From contig OZ237749.1 in assembly GCA_965178125.1 (NCBI GenBank), positions 1,054,001 to 1,118,000 on the forward strand: 64,000 nucleotides of DNA, read 5' to 3'. The notes beneath the pieces were generated by a model. It saw nothing but the letters and a program-made list of their open reading frames with translations, was not told the origin of the DNA and ran no database searches. This document shows positions 25,901-40,019 of the stretch, piece after piece. Position 1 is the stretch's first letter; every line of letters begins with the position of its first letter. The position numbers and the translations under genes were made by a program. This stretch comes from Bilabrum cf. latius. Lineage: Eukaryota.

Positions 25901-28900
25901 CGCAGCCACTGACCCGGAGCCGGCCAAGGTCCCCAGCTGGCTCATGGAGCGCATGGCCGCGGCATCCCCGCTCGCAGCTGCCCGCTCCACCGCCTCGCTC
26001 TCTGACAGCAGCGCTCTCCGCATGATAGCACCCAGCACGTTGGCCGTGGACTGCTGCTAGAGGCCGGCGTGCGCCCCGCCCGCGTGTCCGTGCGACTCGA
26101 GCTGCGCTAGATATCCCGCCAGCTTCTGCGCCTCGGCAGCGGCTGCGTCCTTCCTGCTGAGCGCCCCGCCCGCCCCCTTGAAGTCCACCTCCGAGGCAGA
26201 GACTAGGCGGAACAGCCGCACGAGGTCCTGCACGTCGATGGGCAGCGACTGCGGGCTCGCGCCCCGAGGGGCCAGCGCCTGCGCCTGCTCGGCGTTGGCC
26301 TACGCGGTCTGCAGCAGCACCAGAACGGCCTCGCGGCTGTACAACGTGGCCAGCGCGTCATCCGTGACGGCAAGCGAAGCGGCCAGCCCCGCGAGCCCGG
26401 TCACCTCCGAGCTTCCCACCAGCGTGGGTCGGTTGAGCGGGAGCGCCACCAGCTTGCTGGGCCCCGTGATCTTCTTGCCGCCTCGCTGCTGCTGCTGCTG
26501 CTGCTGTTGTTGTGCCTCCTGGGCACCCTTGCTGCCGAAGAGAGGCGCCCTCCCCAGAGTCACGTTGAGCCCGATCTCCGGGGATGCCTTGTCGTCGCTC
26601 ACCGGCAGGTGGATGGGGATGGTCAGCTCCGCGCCGCTGCCTTCGCTCCAGAACGACACGCGGCACCGCAGCGACTCGAGCAGCCCCGACCTGTACTCCT
26701 GTTCCACGTAGTTCACAGTGCCCATGGATGCCGCGTCCATCGAGACGTCGTTCAGTCCCCCGTTCACGCTGACGGCGGCGCCCCTCCAGATGCCCTCGGG
26801 CAGCACGCCTCCCTTGTCCTGCTAAAAGTTGGGCACGAACGCGCACTGCTGCACTGCTGCCTCACCCATGGCCGCTGCTGCTGCTGCCGCGCTGGCAAGC
26901 ATCCTGGGCGGCAGCACTCCCGTGAAGGTGAAGCGGACGCCAGCAGCGGACAGCAGCTGAGCGTATGCCCCGCTGAGAGCCGCTGAGGCATCTGAGTCAT
27001 CGTCCCCGCTGCTGTTGCCGCCCTACGCACCGCCCCCGACTCCCCCGGCTCCTCCTGTCCTGGCCTCCTGCATCCTGAGAGCCATCACGCTTTGCTGCCG
27101 GCCCATCCCGCGACGGTGAGGGGTGCCAGACCCAGCGGAGGCCGCGGCTGACGCCTGCATCGCACCGCCCGTAGCTGCTCCAGCCGCTGACTTTCGGGCC
27201 GCGCCGCCGCTTTTGCTAGCCGGCGTCAGTGCCTCGGCATCGGGCGGGCCCACGGCGGCCGACGGGTCCGCAAGGAGCTCTGCCACAAGCGCGGCGACGT
27301 TCGCGTCCGTGACCGACACGCTGTCGTCCATGCCCCCTGCCTTGTTGGACCTGGTGCTGCCTCCCGACATGGCGGCCTGCATGGCGGCCTGGTCCTGTCG
27401 CCACGGCCCCACCATGGGGTCATCCAGCTGGGAGTGTGTGGCACCTCTGGCCGTCCAGCGGCTGTTGTCTGGGTCCAGGAGCCACTGCGCCGCCTGGTTG
27501 GAGTCACCCTGGAACATCTCCAGAGCCGCCCGGCAGATGGAGGAGTTCATTGCCGTCATGTCCGTGAGCGTGGTCACCAGCCCGCTTGCCATCAGATCCA
27601 TTCCGGTAGTGGACCCGGCCACACGTGCTGCCACCATCGCGCCGCCGGCGGCCCCAGCACCACCAGAGCCGGCCGCCGCCGCCCCGGTCAGCTTCTGCCC
27701 GGTCAGCGACTCGACTGCCGTCAGCACGCTGGCTCGAGCCGGAGTCACGGTCGCGTCTCCGTCTCCCCGGGGCAGGTCTTCGGCCCCTGCCGTGTCTGTG
27801 TGCGGGGAGAGGAAGGCGGCCCCCTTGGTCTGCCTCGCCTCTAGCAGCCACCGGTGCAGGGTTCTCCTCCTCTCGGAGAGGCTCGCGCGGGTGATCAGCG
27901 TCGAGTTGTGCAGGGGCCGCAGCGCCGCTTTGACCAGGGCACGAACGGCCTGAAAGCCGCCCCCACCTCCCGCGGCCGCCGCCCCCCGCGTGCCCTCTGC
28001 CAGCAGCTCCCTGATGGCAGGGCGCACCAGGCTGTACTGCGAGAGAGCGGGGAAGGAGCGGGCCGCGTGCAGCCGCAGCAAAGTCATCCAAGACACGTGC
28101 TCCACGGCGCGCTGCGCCCCGAACCCGTCCGCCCCGTCGATGTAGTTGGCCGGAGGCAGCTGCACCGCGGACAGGAAGAACTGAAGCAGGTCTCGGGGCA
28201 GCGTCGCAAGCCCTGCAGGCCCTGCCGTGCTTCCATCCGTGGGCACGGAGGACATGCGGGCCAGGGATGGGGGTCGACCCAAGGTGCCGGACCCGCCCCC
28301 GGACTCGTCTCCGGCCGCTGGGATAGGCATGCTGCCGGGGCGGGCGGCGGCCGCGACAGGTACCAGCCGCTGCACGCCCACTACCACCACTGGCAGCTGG
28401 CTCGGCTGCGGATACCCGATGCTCAGGTGGTCCAGCAAGCCAGCACCCGCCCGTCCGGCTCGCCCTCGGCCCCCCGCGGCTGCAGCGGCATCCACGTCCT
28501 CGCCTGACTCCGAGGTCAGCACCACCATGGCCTGCCCCACGCCGGGGCCGAGCAGCGCGGGGTCTGCCTTGTGCAGCTGCTGGTTATGCCAGGACCGCAG
28601 CACCCCACCCACGGGCGGCAGCTGCCTCCCCGCGAAGTTGCTCTGCATGAGCTCAGCATTCCTCGATGCCAGCAGCTCCCCGAACAGTGATCGGCCCAGC
28701 GACAGCACCACGCCCCAGCCCCCTTGACTCGAATCGTCCTCGTCGTCGTGCCCCGTGGCCTGCCGGGGCGCAGGCAGCACCCGCACGCGGCCGCCCACTC
28801 GGATGCACTCGGACGGTCCGCCCACCAGGCTGATGGCCGCCACGGCACGATGCACCTCGGCAGGGGACACCTCCGCCTCCTCCAGCGCATCCACCACGCC

Positions 28901-31900
28901 AGCGTACGTCAGTTCCGCCCCTCGCTCCTCCCCGCCCTCCGACGCCTTGCTCTCACCAGACCCACTGGAAGTCCCTGCCAGGGGCACCAGCCGCTGCAAG
29001 GCCGGCAGCACCCTCCGGATCACTGCCCCGATTGCCTTCCAGACCTCGGATCGCCAGGCGGTGGAAGCGGCCGACAGCTCGCACAGGCACGTCAGCGCCT
29101 CGGAGGAGAGGGCCTGCCTGGCCTTGCCCGGCCCGAACAGGGCCAGGGCAGGCAGCGCATCCGGCCTGGTGCTAGCAGCAGCATCCATGCCCTCTCCCTC
29201 GGCCCAACCCTCCACGACGCGCCCGCAGATTGTCTCGCCCGCTGACTGCAGCAGGAAGTGCACGAAGGGATGTGTTCCAGGCAGCGGTACCCACCGATCC
29301 GTGACCCCTGCACCTGAACCCGCCCCCGCCCCTTCGTCGCGCTTGCTCTCGCCCTCTCCCTCCGCCCCGTCCCCATCCTCCTCCTCATCCTCCCCCGACT
29401 CCTTCGACTCCCCGCCCAGGAGATCCTCCAGCCCGCCACCGGCAGACCGCATGGCCTGATGGATGGCACGGGAGGTCTCTGCGGGTGACAGCTGCCCTCC
29501 GATGGCGGAGAGCGCACGGAGTGCCAGCCGCTTGCATCTGGTGGAGAAGTCCTTGACCCCTTGGTCCATCTGCCACAGGGAGCCCCGGGCGGGGGGCAGC
29601 AGCAGTCGCACGAGGCAGCGCACCATACGGGGCACCGCCAGCAGCTGCGCACCGGACCGCGTGCGGCCGCAGACCACGATCGTCTTGAGCAGCCCGTGGC
29701 ACCTCTCCTCCAGCTCGAGGGGCTCCAGCAGAGACCACCCTTCTTCGGGTACGCCCGCCCCGGGGGCAGAGACCGATGCTGAGGACGGGCTCCGCATCCC
29801 TGGGGCCCCGTGGCTGTCGCTGCTGGCGCTTCGCCCGGGGGTGGGGGTGCGGCCCGAGGAGGACACCCGCCCGCTGCGCCCCCTCGCCAGTGACCGTGAC
29901 ACCATCCCCGCCCCGCGGATGCCCTCCTCGGCCGGCTGCATGAGCAGCGCCACCAGCTGCGAGAGCTCTGCCACCACTATTTCTACCGCCGCCGCCCGCA
30001 GCTACAGGAGAGACTGTAGACCCTCGAAGGACCCCACCGTCATCACCTCTTGCCCGCTGGCGCCCGCGCTGCGCCCCACGGACTCCCTGAACTCCGTCAC
30101 GCTGCTGGCCACCTTCTCCTCATCCGTGTCCCGCGCGAGCGCGCACAGCACCAGGTACCGCAGGAGATGGTCGGCTCTATCGGAGAGCGACTTGTCCGCG
30201 GCTGCCTCGTCATCAGCGCCCACGGCCCTATACCTGCCCCGCATGCAGACGCTATCCTCGAGGCTCTGCAGCACGGGTAGCTCCTCCGGGCCACGCAGCA
30301 GGCCCTGCATGGACCGTGACAGGAGCGGGCCATCGGGGAGCCCCCCATCGTCTGCCTCTAGGGGGTCAAAGGAAGCGGCGTGACGGATGGGGGGCGCGGG
30401 CTACATGGAAGGTCCGCCCCCGCTGCCCGCGCCTGCCCCGCTGGAGGGCCCCGCCGGCACGCTGCGCAAGGGAGCCTTGACCCCAATGAGCGGCGTGCGC
30501 TCGTCGAAGAGCCCCTCCAGGGACGGGGGCGGGGCGCGGGCGGTGCACAGCCCCTCCATGATCTGCAGCAAGTGGCTCGTGGTGACCGTGCGCTGCACCT
30601 CGCGGAGGCTCCCCCGCAGCCCCTGCTGCTCCAGGAAGGCCGCCGCCTGAGGACCGGGCATCACGCGGGAAGCGCTCCTAAGCACGAGCCCCAGTGCCCT
30701 CCTCTTGGGCAGCCCACCTTGCAGCAGAGCGGCGCTCGCCCACACGAGGCGGTCCGCGGGTGACAGCAGGCTGGCATCTCCAGAGGGTCTTCCCTCTTTG
30801 GTGGACTCCTGCAGGCTGTCCCATTGGGAAGAGGTGCCCGCGGCCCGCAGCGCGGCCCCCTCCAGTGAGGCCAGCCGCCTGAGGGCAGGGAGAAGGCCAG
30901 ACCGCACCACCAACTGCCCGTCCGTGGGCCTGAGGTCGATGCTCCACGCACGCATCACGCTCGAGCACACGGGCCGCAGCACCGCCACGTCCGACACAGT
31001 CAGGGACAGCGAACCGTCGGCTCCCCCGGGGCCGCCCGCCGCGATGGAAGACACGCCCGGCCGCGAGACAGGCACAGAGCCGGCCGAGCTGGCGGCCTCC
31101 TCCAGCGCAGCGGCGCACTGCCGCAGGACCGTGGAGGCGTCCCAGTAGAGCGCCTCGAAGGCCGCCTGCACTGCCTCCCTCAAGTCCGAGGCGCATCCCT
31201 CCAGCAGCGCCGAGGGGTGCGCCGGGCTCCACGTGGGCTGCAGGGCAGTGGCAGTTGCGTCCTAAAGCATGGCGGCCGGCTCCAAGGCGTCCACAGAGGC
31301 GGTGTCGTAGCCCGCGGCAGCGAGGGACGCAGGCAATGCCGCGGCGGCTGCAGCAGACCCAGGCCGCTGAGGACCCACCAGCACTCCAGCAGAGGCCCCT
31401 CGGGCGGCCATGGTCGCGCGCACCATGCCCAGCGCCCCAGCCGCGCCACTGGCCGCAGCCGAGGCGGCCTGCAGCACCATCATGGACGGGCTCCTGTCCC
31501 GCAGACTGGAGGAGGCTCGCCCAGATCCACCCCCGGCTGCCGTGGGCATCTCATCGGACCCAGCCCCCGAGGCAGCCCCGAAGGCGCCGCCAATGGCCTG
31601 GAGAGCACCCGCCGCGCCCATGTCCCCCGCGCCGCCTCCTGCGAGAAGAGCGTCCTGCACGTCGAACCGCCCGCCGTCTCCCTCGATTCCACCGCCATCT
31701 GCAAGCCCGCCCGATCCGTCGTCCTGCGCACCACCACCTCCCCCCGCCCCTGCCTCATCCTCCGCCGCCCGCACGTCCTCTGGAATCCACCGGTAGGCAA
31801 ACTGGCCCCGCATGGCAGGCACCAGCAGACGGAAGGCCCCGGCCACGAACGGCCCCAGGCCCCCCTGGAGCATCTCCCGCGCATCCGCCCACCTGCGGCC

Positions 31901-34900
31901 CCCCGTGTGAGACAGGCGGGACAGGGACCTCCTCGCGTGGCTCTGCGCCCGATGCAGCGCGTCAGGGGAGGAGCCCCCGTCGCTGCCCGACTCGCCACCT
32001 GCCCTCGTGTCCCGTGGCTCCCTGAATGCCTCCCGCAGGAACGCAGTCATGGCCCGCAGACCGCTGGCCCGCTGGGAGGCTCGCACTCCTCGGAGGCGCA
32101 TGAGGGCGCGCAGGGCGGCAGGGCCGGGCTTGGAGTCCGCCTCCAGGTAGTACCGCAGCGACTTGAGCACCATCCCAGTCACCCTGCTCTTGAGATCACC
32201 CGCAGCAGGACCCGAGCCCTCACCCCCCTCGGGGGCCCCTGTTGTTCCCTGGAGAAACTGGGACCAGGGGTCCCGCTGGGCCCGCATCGCCCGGTCCACC
32301 ATAGCCTCCCAGTCCACTAGCCCCGCGCCCTGTTCCCCGGCCTCGTCCCCGCCCTCGTCCTCGTCCTCGTCCTCGGCACTGGTCTCGAAACGACTGGGCT
32401 GCAGCCCCAGCCCGGTCTCGCGCACAGGCACCTGGGCGGTAGCCGACACGCTCAGCTGCTGGATCTGGCGGCCCACGTCTCCCCGCAGCCCGTCCACCCC
32501 TGAGCTGTCAAGCGCGGGGTGCATCTGAGCGATGAAGGAGCACTGCTTCCGCACAGCGGCGGCGGCGGCCTTCTGCTCCTCGTCCGACCTGGTGCCGATG
32601 CGGGCCCGCACGATGTCCAGCACCTCGGCCACCTGCTGCAGCGAGGGACTCGGAGTCAGGCTCGACTTGTTCCCCCCAGTGTTCAGGTGCTTGGCAGCGG
32701 CTGCGACCTCCTGGTGCACCCAGGGCCCCGCGTGTGTGACGAGTGCGGCCAGGATGGCCCTATCGGTGCCCTTCTTGGTGTACCTGGACCTCTTCTCGAT
32801 CCTCGTCAGCACCTTGACCTGCCGCAGGTAGTCCACGCTGTCGGCCACCGCCTGTTTGATCTCGGCGCGGGACAGCAGTCGCTCGCCCTCCCCTTCTCCA
32901 TCTTCCCGGGAAGGTGCAGCCCCCCCACCCACGGAGCTCGATCCAGAGGCGCTGGAGGCAGCCCCGCTAACCCCCGCACCCTTGCCTCCCGCTGCCTTGG
33001 GCAGCAGCCCAGTGGCGGCCCAGTCCTGCGCCCAGGGGCCCGCCGCCCCCACACCCAGCACACACCCCGCAGCGAAGGACTCTTTGGCCAGCCCCCTCGC
33101 CCTTGCTACCTCCTTCTCCTCCTCGTCCTCCTCTAGCCCCACCGCGCCGAGGGCCGCGGCACCGCCCGCCTGCGCCTCCCGCCGCCCCTTGGCCACCACG
33201 GGGGCCCGCAGCCAGAGCGCCGCCCTGAGCTCTTGCGACCCCACCAGCGGGCCGCTGACCAGGGTCATGGCCAGGCGGGGGACCAGCCAGGCAGCCGCAC
33301 GGCGCACCGCCCGCCACACGGCCCCCAGCGCATGCCCCGCCCCCGCCGGCCCGGCAGCCGCCAGCCCCGCCATTGCGTCTCTGGACACCCTGAGTGCAGC
33401 GAGGGCCGCGGGCAGCGCGCCCTCCGCCAGCAGGGGAGACCTGAACAGGGAGCACGCAGCGCCTAGGGCATCTGCCACGCAGGGCCCCAGCACCGCGCAT
33501 GTGCTGCTCCCCGCCCCCGTGCGATGGGCCGACCGCTCCAGCCGGGGCACCGCCGCCCGCAGCAGCTCCACCAGTGCGACCACCGACGCGTGGCTCTGTC
33601 CCGGGTCTGCGCCCAGCATCGTGCCAGCCTCTCTACCACGCCGGACCGCCTCTGCCGCCAGCCTCTTGGCGTACGTCTGCAGCAGTCGCACGGCCTCGAC
33701 CGGGGCCTGGTTTGCCTCTCCTCCCCCTTGGATCGCGAGCGTGTCCACGGAGGCAGGGTCCGGGTGCAGGTCCACACCGTGCGTCCCGTCCTCTCCGTCC
33801 TCTTGCTGGAAGCCATGGACAGCCGCGCTCTCCCCTTCGTCTCGCGCGGGCCCCAGCCCCGTCTTGTCCTCGAACAGGGCCTCCACCGCCGTCAGCAAGA
33901 GCCGCACCTGCTCCCGCTGACGCTGCACCTCGCCGGTGGCGGCGTACTCGGCAGCGGTGCTGGTGGGCAGGGGCAGGGGCAGGAAGCCGCCGATGCGCCT
34001 CTGGGCCCCTCCACGCACCACGGGCAGCAGCACATCCCGAAGCACGAGCGCCACGCGGGGGAGATCGACGGGCCCACCGGGGGAGGGGGTGGAGGACGGG
34101 CCAGCGGATGACCCACCGCACGAGCCAAGGGCGCTGAACCCCAGAGTGGCCAGACTGGCCGGGTCTGCCCTGCTCCATACATCCGCCCCTTGAAGCAGCA
34201 CCTCTGTGGCCGCCCGGAGGCTGTCAGCAGACAGGGACGGGGGCACTGGCACGTCCACCGGGTCATCGTCCGCGGGCGGCTGCAGGGCCGCAGTGGGACT
34301 GGCGGCGGGGTTACCACTGCCCGAAGCACCCGAGGAGGAGGCCGCCACTGCCGCCCTTGCCATGTCCACAGAGGCTAGCCCCGTGGAGCGGGCGGCGCAC
34401 CTGACCAGGAACTTGGCGATCTGCTGCAGGGGGCCCGTGTCCTGGAGCCCCCCCGCCTCTGCGTCACCCGCCCCGTCCTCGCCCTCGTCCTCGTCAGAGT
34501 CGTCCCCAGCTGCGGCTGCCGCCCCCCGCGCGCCCGCAGCCCCCACACCCTGCCCCCCCTGTGAGTCGAAGAGCACCTCGGGGTCCACGCCGCTGGCCCG
34601 CAAACCCGCCGCGAGAGCTCCCGCCAGCTGCAGCGCCCGATCCACGCCCTCCGTGTCTCCAGCGCGCCCCGCCCTCTGCAGGAGGTCGCACACCTCCACC
34701 GCAGTGGGCTGCCCCACCTCCAGGGCGAATGCCACCTCGGTCTGACCCGGCCGCAGCCCCGCGCCGCCGCCCGGTTGCGTGACGGCGGTGGCAGCGGCGG
34801 CAGCTGTGGCCACGATGGAGTCAGCCGCCCGCGCCAGCGTGCTCACGTCGGCGGCGGGGCACGCGTCCCCCGCCCGCAGCCCGGAGGACTCCAGCAGTGC

Positions 34901-36478
34901 GTGGCAGATGCCGCGCACCTCGTGACCCGGGACCACGTCAGCGCTCGCGCTCGCTGCCGGGCCCAGTGCCTCGGCCACCCGTCGCAGCGCCCTTGCCTGG
35001 CCCAGCACCAGCGCGCCGGACCCCACCACCAGGACCAGCCGGCCTGCCGCGGCAATAGCCGACTGCGCCGGCCGTGCCTGCCCCGCCGCCGCACACGCCT
35101 CCGCCGCGGCCCACAGCCACTCACAGACGTGTCCCACCGCCCTCCGCACGGGCGCAGGTTTCCACCCGAGCCCTGCCATGGCCCCCAGCACGCCACCCGT
35201 GGCTCCGGAGGCGGCGGCGGCGCGGGCGGCCTCTACAGCGTTCGAGGGGGCCGCTTGCAGCACGGTGGTGCGGAAGCCCCACGCGCCCAGCGACCACTGA
35301 GCCTGCGGGTTTATGGCCTGCGATGCCGGCGCTCCCCGCGGCAGCCCCCCTGGCCTGGGCTGCCCAAGGTGTAGCACCACCAGGTCAACGCTCTCGGGCC
35401 GGGACGAGGACGAGGAGGAGGAGGAGGAGGAGGAGGAGGACGGAGCCGCGGCTCCTCCTGCGAACGACTGCTTGTGAAGGGGGATGCGAAGGGGCGGGGC
35501 GCCGTCCCTGGGTGCCTGCGGGCCCGTGCGTCGGCTCCGAACCGTGCCACTTCCCTGGTACAGGATGTGGTGCCCGGGGGGTGCGCCCGGGACTGGGGAG
35601 TTCTCGCCCGGGGGCAGGCGCTGGAGCAGCTCGACCACGACCTGGACGTCGGACTGCGGCTTATCCGAGGGCAGCAGGATGGCCTGATGGGGGGTCTGCG
35701 CGCGGGGGTCCCACCCCGGAGGAACGTTCATGACCACCCTCCCGACGCCGTGGCCCTGCAGCGTGCAGTGCGTGTGCCGCCCGAAGTGGTCCAGTATGGA
35801 GGCACAAGAGCCGTGGCACCGCATCATGCCGCTCTGGGTGGTGACCCAGCCGGTCGGGTCGACGGGCATCTCGCGCGCCGGCATGGGTGACCACAGCGGC
35901 ATGAGGGCTGGCTTGGCGACAGCGGCTGCGGCGCTCGCCAGGGCATGCGTTGGAGTGCCTGGCTATCCGTAGCTACCACTGCCCTCCGGAGGTGGACATG
36001 CTTGTGAAATCATCCGATCTACCGCCGACACGACATCTGGCAGCCTATCGAATGGAAGCAGAGGCCCGTCTGGACCACGGGAGAGCAGAGTCGCAAGCAT
36101 TGCAATCACCATAGGTTGCCCAGGGGGCTGGCGCAGAACTGGACCTTGCATCCTAGTGACCGAGCCATTTGAGTCATCCTGCTAATTGGTCCCGTCCTCT
36201 GGCATAGGAACAGCCTCCTTCAAGTTCAGCAGGTGGCGCTGGATCCTCGCGCTCGGCACCAGCAAACGCACGAGCCTCTTCTAAAACAATTCCAAGGGGG
36301 GCTTGTCGTCCTTTACAAACAGCCTAGACAGGGGGTCCACTCTAGGATCCGATGCAGTGAGAGGAACCCCTTTGGGCAGCGTGGTCCCATCGAGCGCGGA
36401 TCGTTCATACTTGCGAGCCTGCGCAGCGCCCAAAGCTCCCGCGCTCAAAGTAAGCTCAAAGTCTTCGGACGATGACAT
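22925..36478 (-). CDS. Giant HECT-domain E3 ubiquitin ligase with UBA-like domain (~4517 aa with TAG=Gln, no introns needed)
   Basis: Ten ORF pieces lie in one frame, joined only across TAG (16 counted). ATG 36478 (MSSSEDF), TGA 22925-22927. HECT motifs EDGIDAGGLYRE, FIQFSWGRSQLP and catalytic LPIAHTCFF*IELPEYS..MREKL. UBA-like LTDMTAMNSSICRAALEMFQGDSNQAAQWLL at ~27475-27570. The start codon is inferred. Confidence 0.88.
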
Positions 36479-36704
36479 CAATTCAACAAATTGGCTATTG
36501 CAGCCCTGCAGTACGAACACGCAGCAGCCACACGCTGTTGACCTTTCTCAGCAAAGCGCAGGAAGTGGTGCGGAACCAAAATCGGCGCCGCGTGCTTCGG
36601 ATTGGCCACGGGGCAGGAGAGCTCAATGATGAGCAACACAAGTACCGCATTGAGTAGTGGAACATCCACGTGCATATAACAGAGTCATACAATGCTGGAT
36701 CTGA

Positions 36705-39155
36705 TCAGAACCAGGCCCCCGTCTCTGCCAAGTCGACCTGCATCTTCTCCCGCCGCTTGGTGCCGGTAAGGATGTCCCGCAGCAACGAGGGCCTGCGGAC
36801 TGCCCTCCCATCGATCGCATCCGGGAGACTCCCGTCATCGGCGCTGGTGGCCTCCGTGGCCCCTTCGCTGCGTTGACCGGAGCCGTTCCCTGTCGACTGG
36901 CCCGCTGCCTCCTGCACGGCCTCACCGTTCTCCGCGATGATCTGCACCTCGCTGTCGCTGGAGCTATCACTGTCGCTGTCGCTGTCGCTGGAGCTATCAC
37001 TGTCGCTGTCGCTGGAGCTCCCTACCCTTCCCCCACGCACCTGTGCCCCCCCAGAGGACGAGGACGAGGACGAGAGAGACACCCCTCGCCCGCTCGAGGC
37101 AGACCCTGGCAGATGGTCATTCCCCGATGATGCACTGGCCTGCTTGGACTTAGCACGACCACCTTCCCCCCTCACACCCGCACCGATACCCTCGTCGCCC
37201 TCGGCTTCCTCGACCATCTGCTCTCCCCTCGCCTACAGCTCCCTGTCCAGCGCAAGCACAGCCGCCAGATAGCTCGTGCACAGATCATTCGAATCGCCCG
37301 CGGCACCCTGCTCCTCCACATCCTGCTGCTGCTTACCCTTCGCCCCCTTTTTCCCATTTCCTTTCCCCGCTCCATGCTCCCTCGCAGCCGCCTCAGTCTC
37401 AAAGGTATCGATGCGGGCCTCGAGGCTGGAGGCAGCCATGGCGAAGGCCCTCTTGGCCTCAAGCACGCGGTACGAATTCCGCCCGATGTCCTGGCCCGGG
37501 TCACAGGGACTCAGCACGCTGAGGCGCTGGCTAGCCGTCGGGTCGTACCTGCCCCTGTGCTGGCCGGCCTGGAAGGCGGCGGGCATGCTGGACTTGCTGT
37601 GCACCTTGCAATCGTGCCTGTCCACCCGCAGCACGTCACGCGCATACCTGTGCCTCCGCCCGAAGTAGTCCAGGAAGCTGTACAGGAGGAAGCCGAGGTT
37701 AAGGATCCGGTCGGCGGCCAGCACGGCGGGCTTGGAGTGCTTGGGCATCGCATCCGCCACTCCGGCGAGGCGGATGGCCCTGGCAGCGAGCTGCCGGTGG
37801 GGCATGAGGGAGGCTCCCTGGGGCACTGCAATGCGATGCATCACGTGCTGCATGGGCTCGTCCACCACTGCAAGCACGGCCTGCACCTGCGGCCCGCTGC
37901 CAGCCCCCGCCTCGCTTGCCCCCCCTGCAGCAGTCCCCCCTCGCACTCCCGCCGCCAGCGTTGATCCCGAGTCCACCGAGGTTGCCGCCAGCCCGGCAGC
38001 GTCCTTGGCTACTTGGTTAGCCACGGCGCGCACAGCCTTTGTCCTCTGCTTGTGGTGCTTGTGGTCCACCATGTTGGCGAGCTTCTTGAGTCGGGCCACG
38101 TGGAAGGTGACCATCACGGTGAGCAGGAAGCTGCCCAGCCCACCCGTGTACGTCTCCTGGAGCCCCCTCTGGTGCAGCATGTGCTTGAGCACCATGACCA
38201 GGGGCCGCACCTCGGGGTGCAGCCGCAGGAAGTCGGTCACGGTGGCGGAGGAGGCAGACCCGCTCGCGGCGTCGAAGCACACGTCTATCTTGATACCCGT
38301 GTGCGCGCACTGCGACTTGACGATGGGGATGCGGGCGGAGGCCACTGGCTCCACCACGGACACATCTTGACTGGACCTAAGGTACTTGGCGAGGCAGAAG
38401 ACAGCCTGGCTGGCCTCCATGCCCGCCCCGTGCACAACGAGGTCCCAGTCGCTGTGCGGGAGCGCCAGGCCAGTGGTGCGCGAGCCGAACACGCCCACCT
38501 CGCACCCTGGGAAGGCCCTCCTCACGATCCTGAGGTGTCTCCTGAGGGCCTCCCCCGCCTCCTGCCTCTCTCTCCTGGACGGAGCCATGAAGGCGCAGAA
38601 CTCGAGGACTTCCTCGTGCAGGCGGAGCAGAGGAGGCAGCGGTGGGTGGGTCGGGGGGGACTGCGGCGAGGCGGTGGACGCAGAGGCCGCCCCATCTCGT
38701 CGCTCCACGGGGTTGTCTTCTCCGAGCACCGGCCGCACCCAGAGCCTCTCCGCGGAGAATTGAGGGACGTGCAAGGGGGAGGCGCCGCTGAGTCCCTCGC
38801 TCTCTCGGGCCACTGCTTCCAGCCGCGCGAGATCGGCGGGCGCGAGCTCATGCCCCCCATCGCTTCCAGCGCTGCTGCTGCTGCCGCTCCCGCTGCTTGC
38901 ACTGGATGCAGCTGCTGAGGACGAGGACGAGGACGAGGACGGGGCCAGCATCGGATCCCCGCCGTACTGCGCATCCACACTGACAATAGCACGCAGCTAC
39001 TCCAGAGGAGGACCCATGCTTCCGGCCGCAGGGCCTCCCGGGACCAAAGCGGCCCCCTTCAGCGGCGGGGGCGGATCGTTCCCCCGAAGGGCAGGCAGCC
39101 CGGCCGTGCTTGCCTCCAGGCGGGGGACCTGGGGCTAGGGCTTGGCTGCGGGGCC

Positions 39156-39186
<31 letters not shown>

Positions 39187-39881
39187 GAGGCGCCACCCGG
39201 CCCTTGCACTGCAAGGGGTTGCAGTCGCACCACCCCGTCCACGGGTCCCTCCGCGCGCAGCACCAGCGGGAGTCCCCGCTCCCGCCAGCCACGCCACGGG
39301 GGGGGGCAGTCCTGCGGCTCGCTGCCGGCGGGCTCGACATGGTACTTGCGGTCGTATCGGGCATAGCTGCGGTAAGACGTCGGGCGAGAGCCGTCGCTAG
39401 AGTCTGTGTTTCGGCTGCGCCACTCGCCAGCACCAGAGCTTGCCGTTCTGCCGCTTGGGTGAGCACTACGTCGTCCGCGGGCTTTGGCTGCAGCCGCAGC
39501 AGCCGCAGCAGCCGCAGCAGCCGCCGCCGCTGCTGCAGCGGGCTACTGTATGCCATTCTTTCGCTCAAGCCGCCGTTTCTTTGACACCCGTAAAGCCTCA
39601 GAGCGCTGAGCGGACAAAGATGGCGACTGTGGCTAAGTCGCTGAGCTAGGGCTTTGCCATGAATTTCGTCCCCGTTTCGATGCCTTTCCTGGTCCTGAGC
39701 CAAGGAGCCCTCGTGATTGATTCTAAGATCTTCCACGCGATTCTGGGCGCGGTCCTCTTCCATGACTCGCTCCACCAAAGCCTCGAGAGCCGCCTACAAA
39801 ACGTGACTGTTCCCGAGGATTGTAGTGATTTGTGTACGGCCCACTCCTTCCGCCACCCCTTCCTCTTGAGTAGCCCGACAT
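36705..39881 (-). CDS. Non-canonical poly(A) polymerase, Trf4/PAPD5 (TENT4) family (~1058 aa with TAG=Gln)
   Basis: Motifs FGSRTTGLALPHSDWDLVV, ARIPIVK, IDVCFD, RGLQETYTGGLGSF, NLGFLLYSFLDYFG, DIGRNSY. The frame runs through six TAGs from an RGG-rich N-terminus (MSGYSRGRGGG) to TGA 36705. The start codon is inferred. Confidence 0.85.
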
Positions 39882-40019
39882 CGTTAATAACTGTTTATGC
39901 GGTACCAGACAGGTTCGTATGGGCCTTCTGCTGCGAATAATTCGAGTATGCTCCTCGAAAGCGGTTGCAACCGCATAATTGCCATCATGGTGCATGAGAG
40001 GCAATTTCAGTCCCACAGC

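Noticed and set aside
744-36478. Reading the TAG-broken genes as pseudogenes
   Set aside because: All interruptions are TAG, with no frameshifts, TAA or TGA over thousands of codons, and catalytic motifs are intact. The real pseudogene at 11760-12986 looks different, with deletions and a frameshift.
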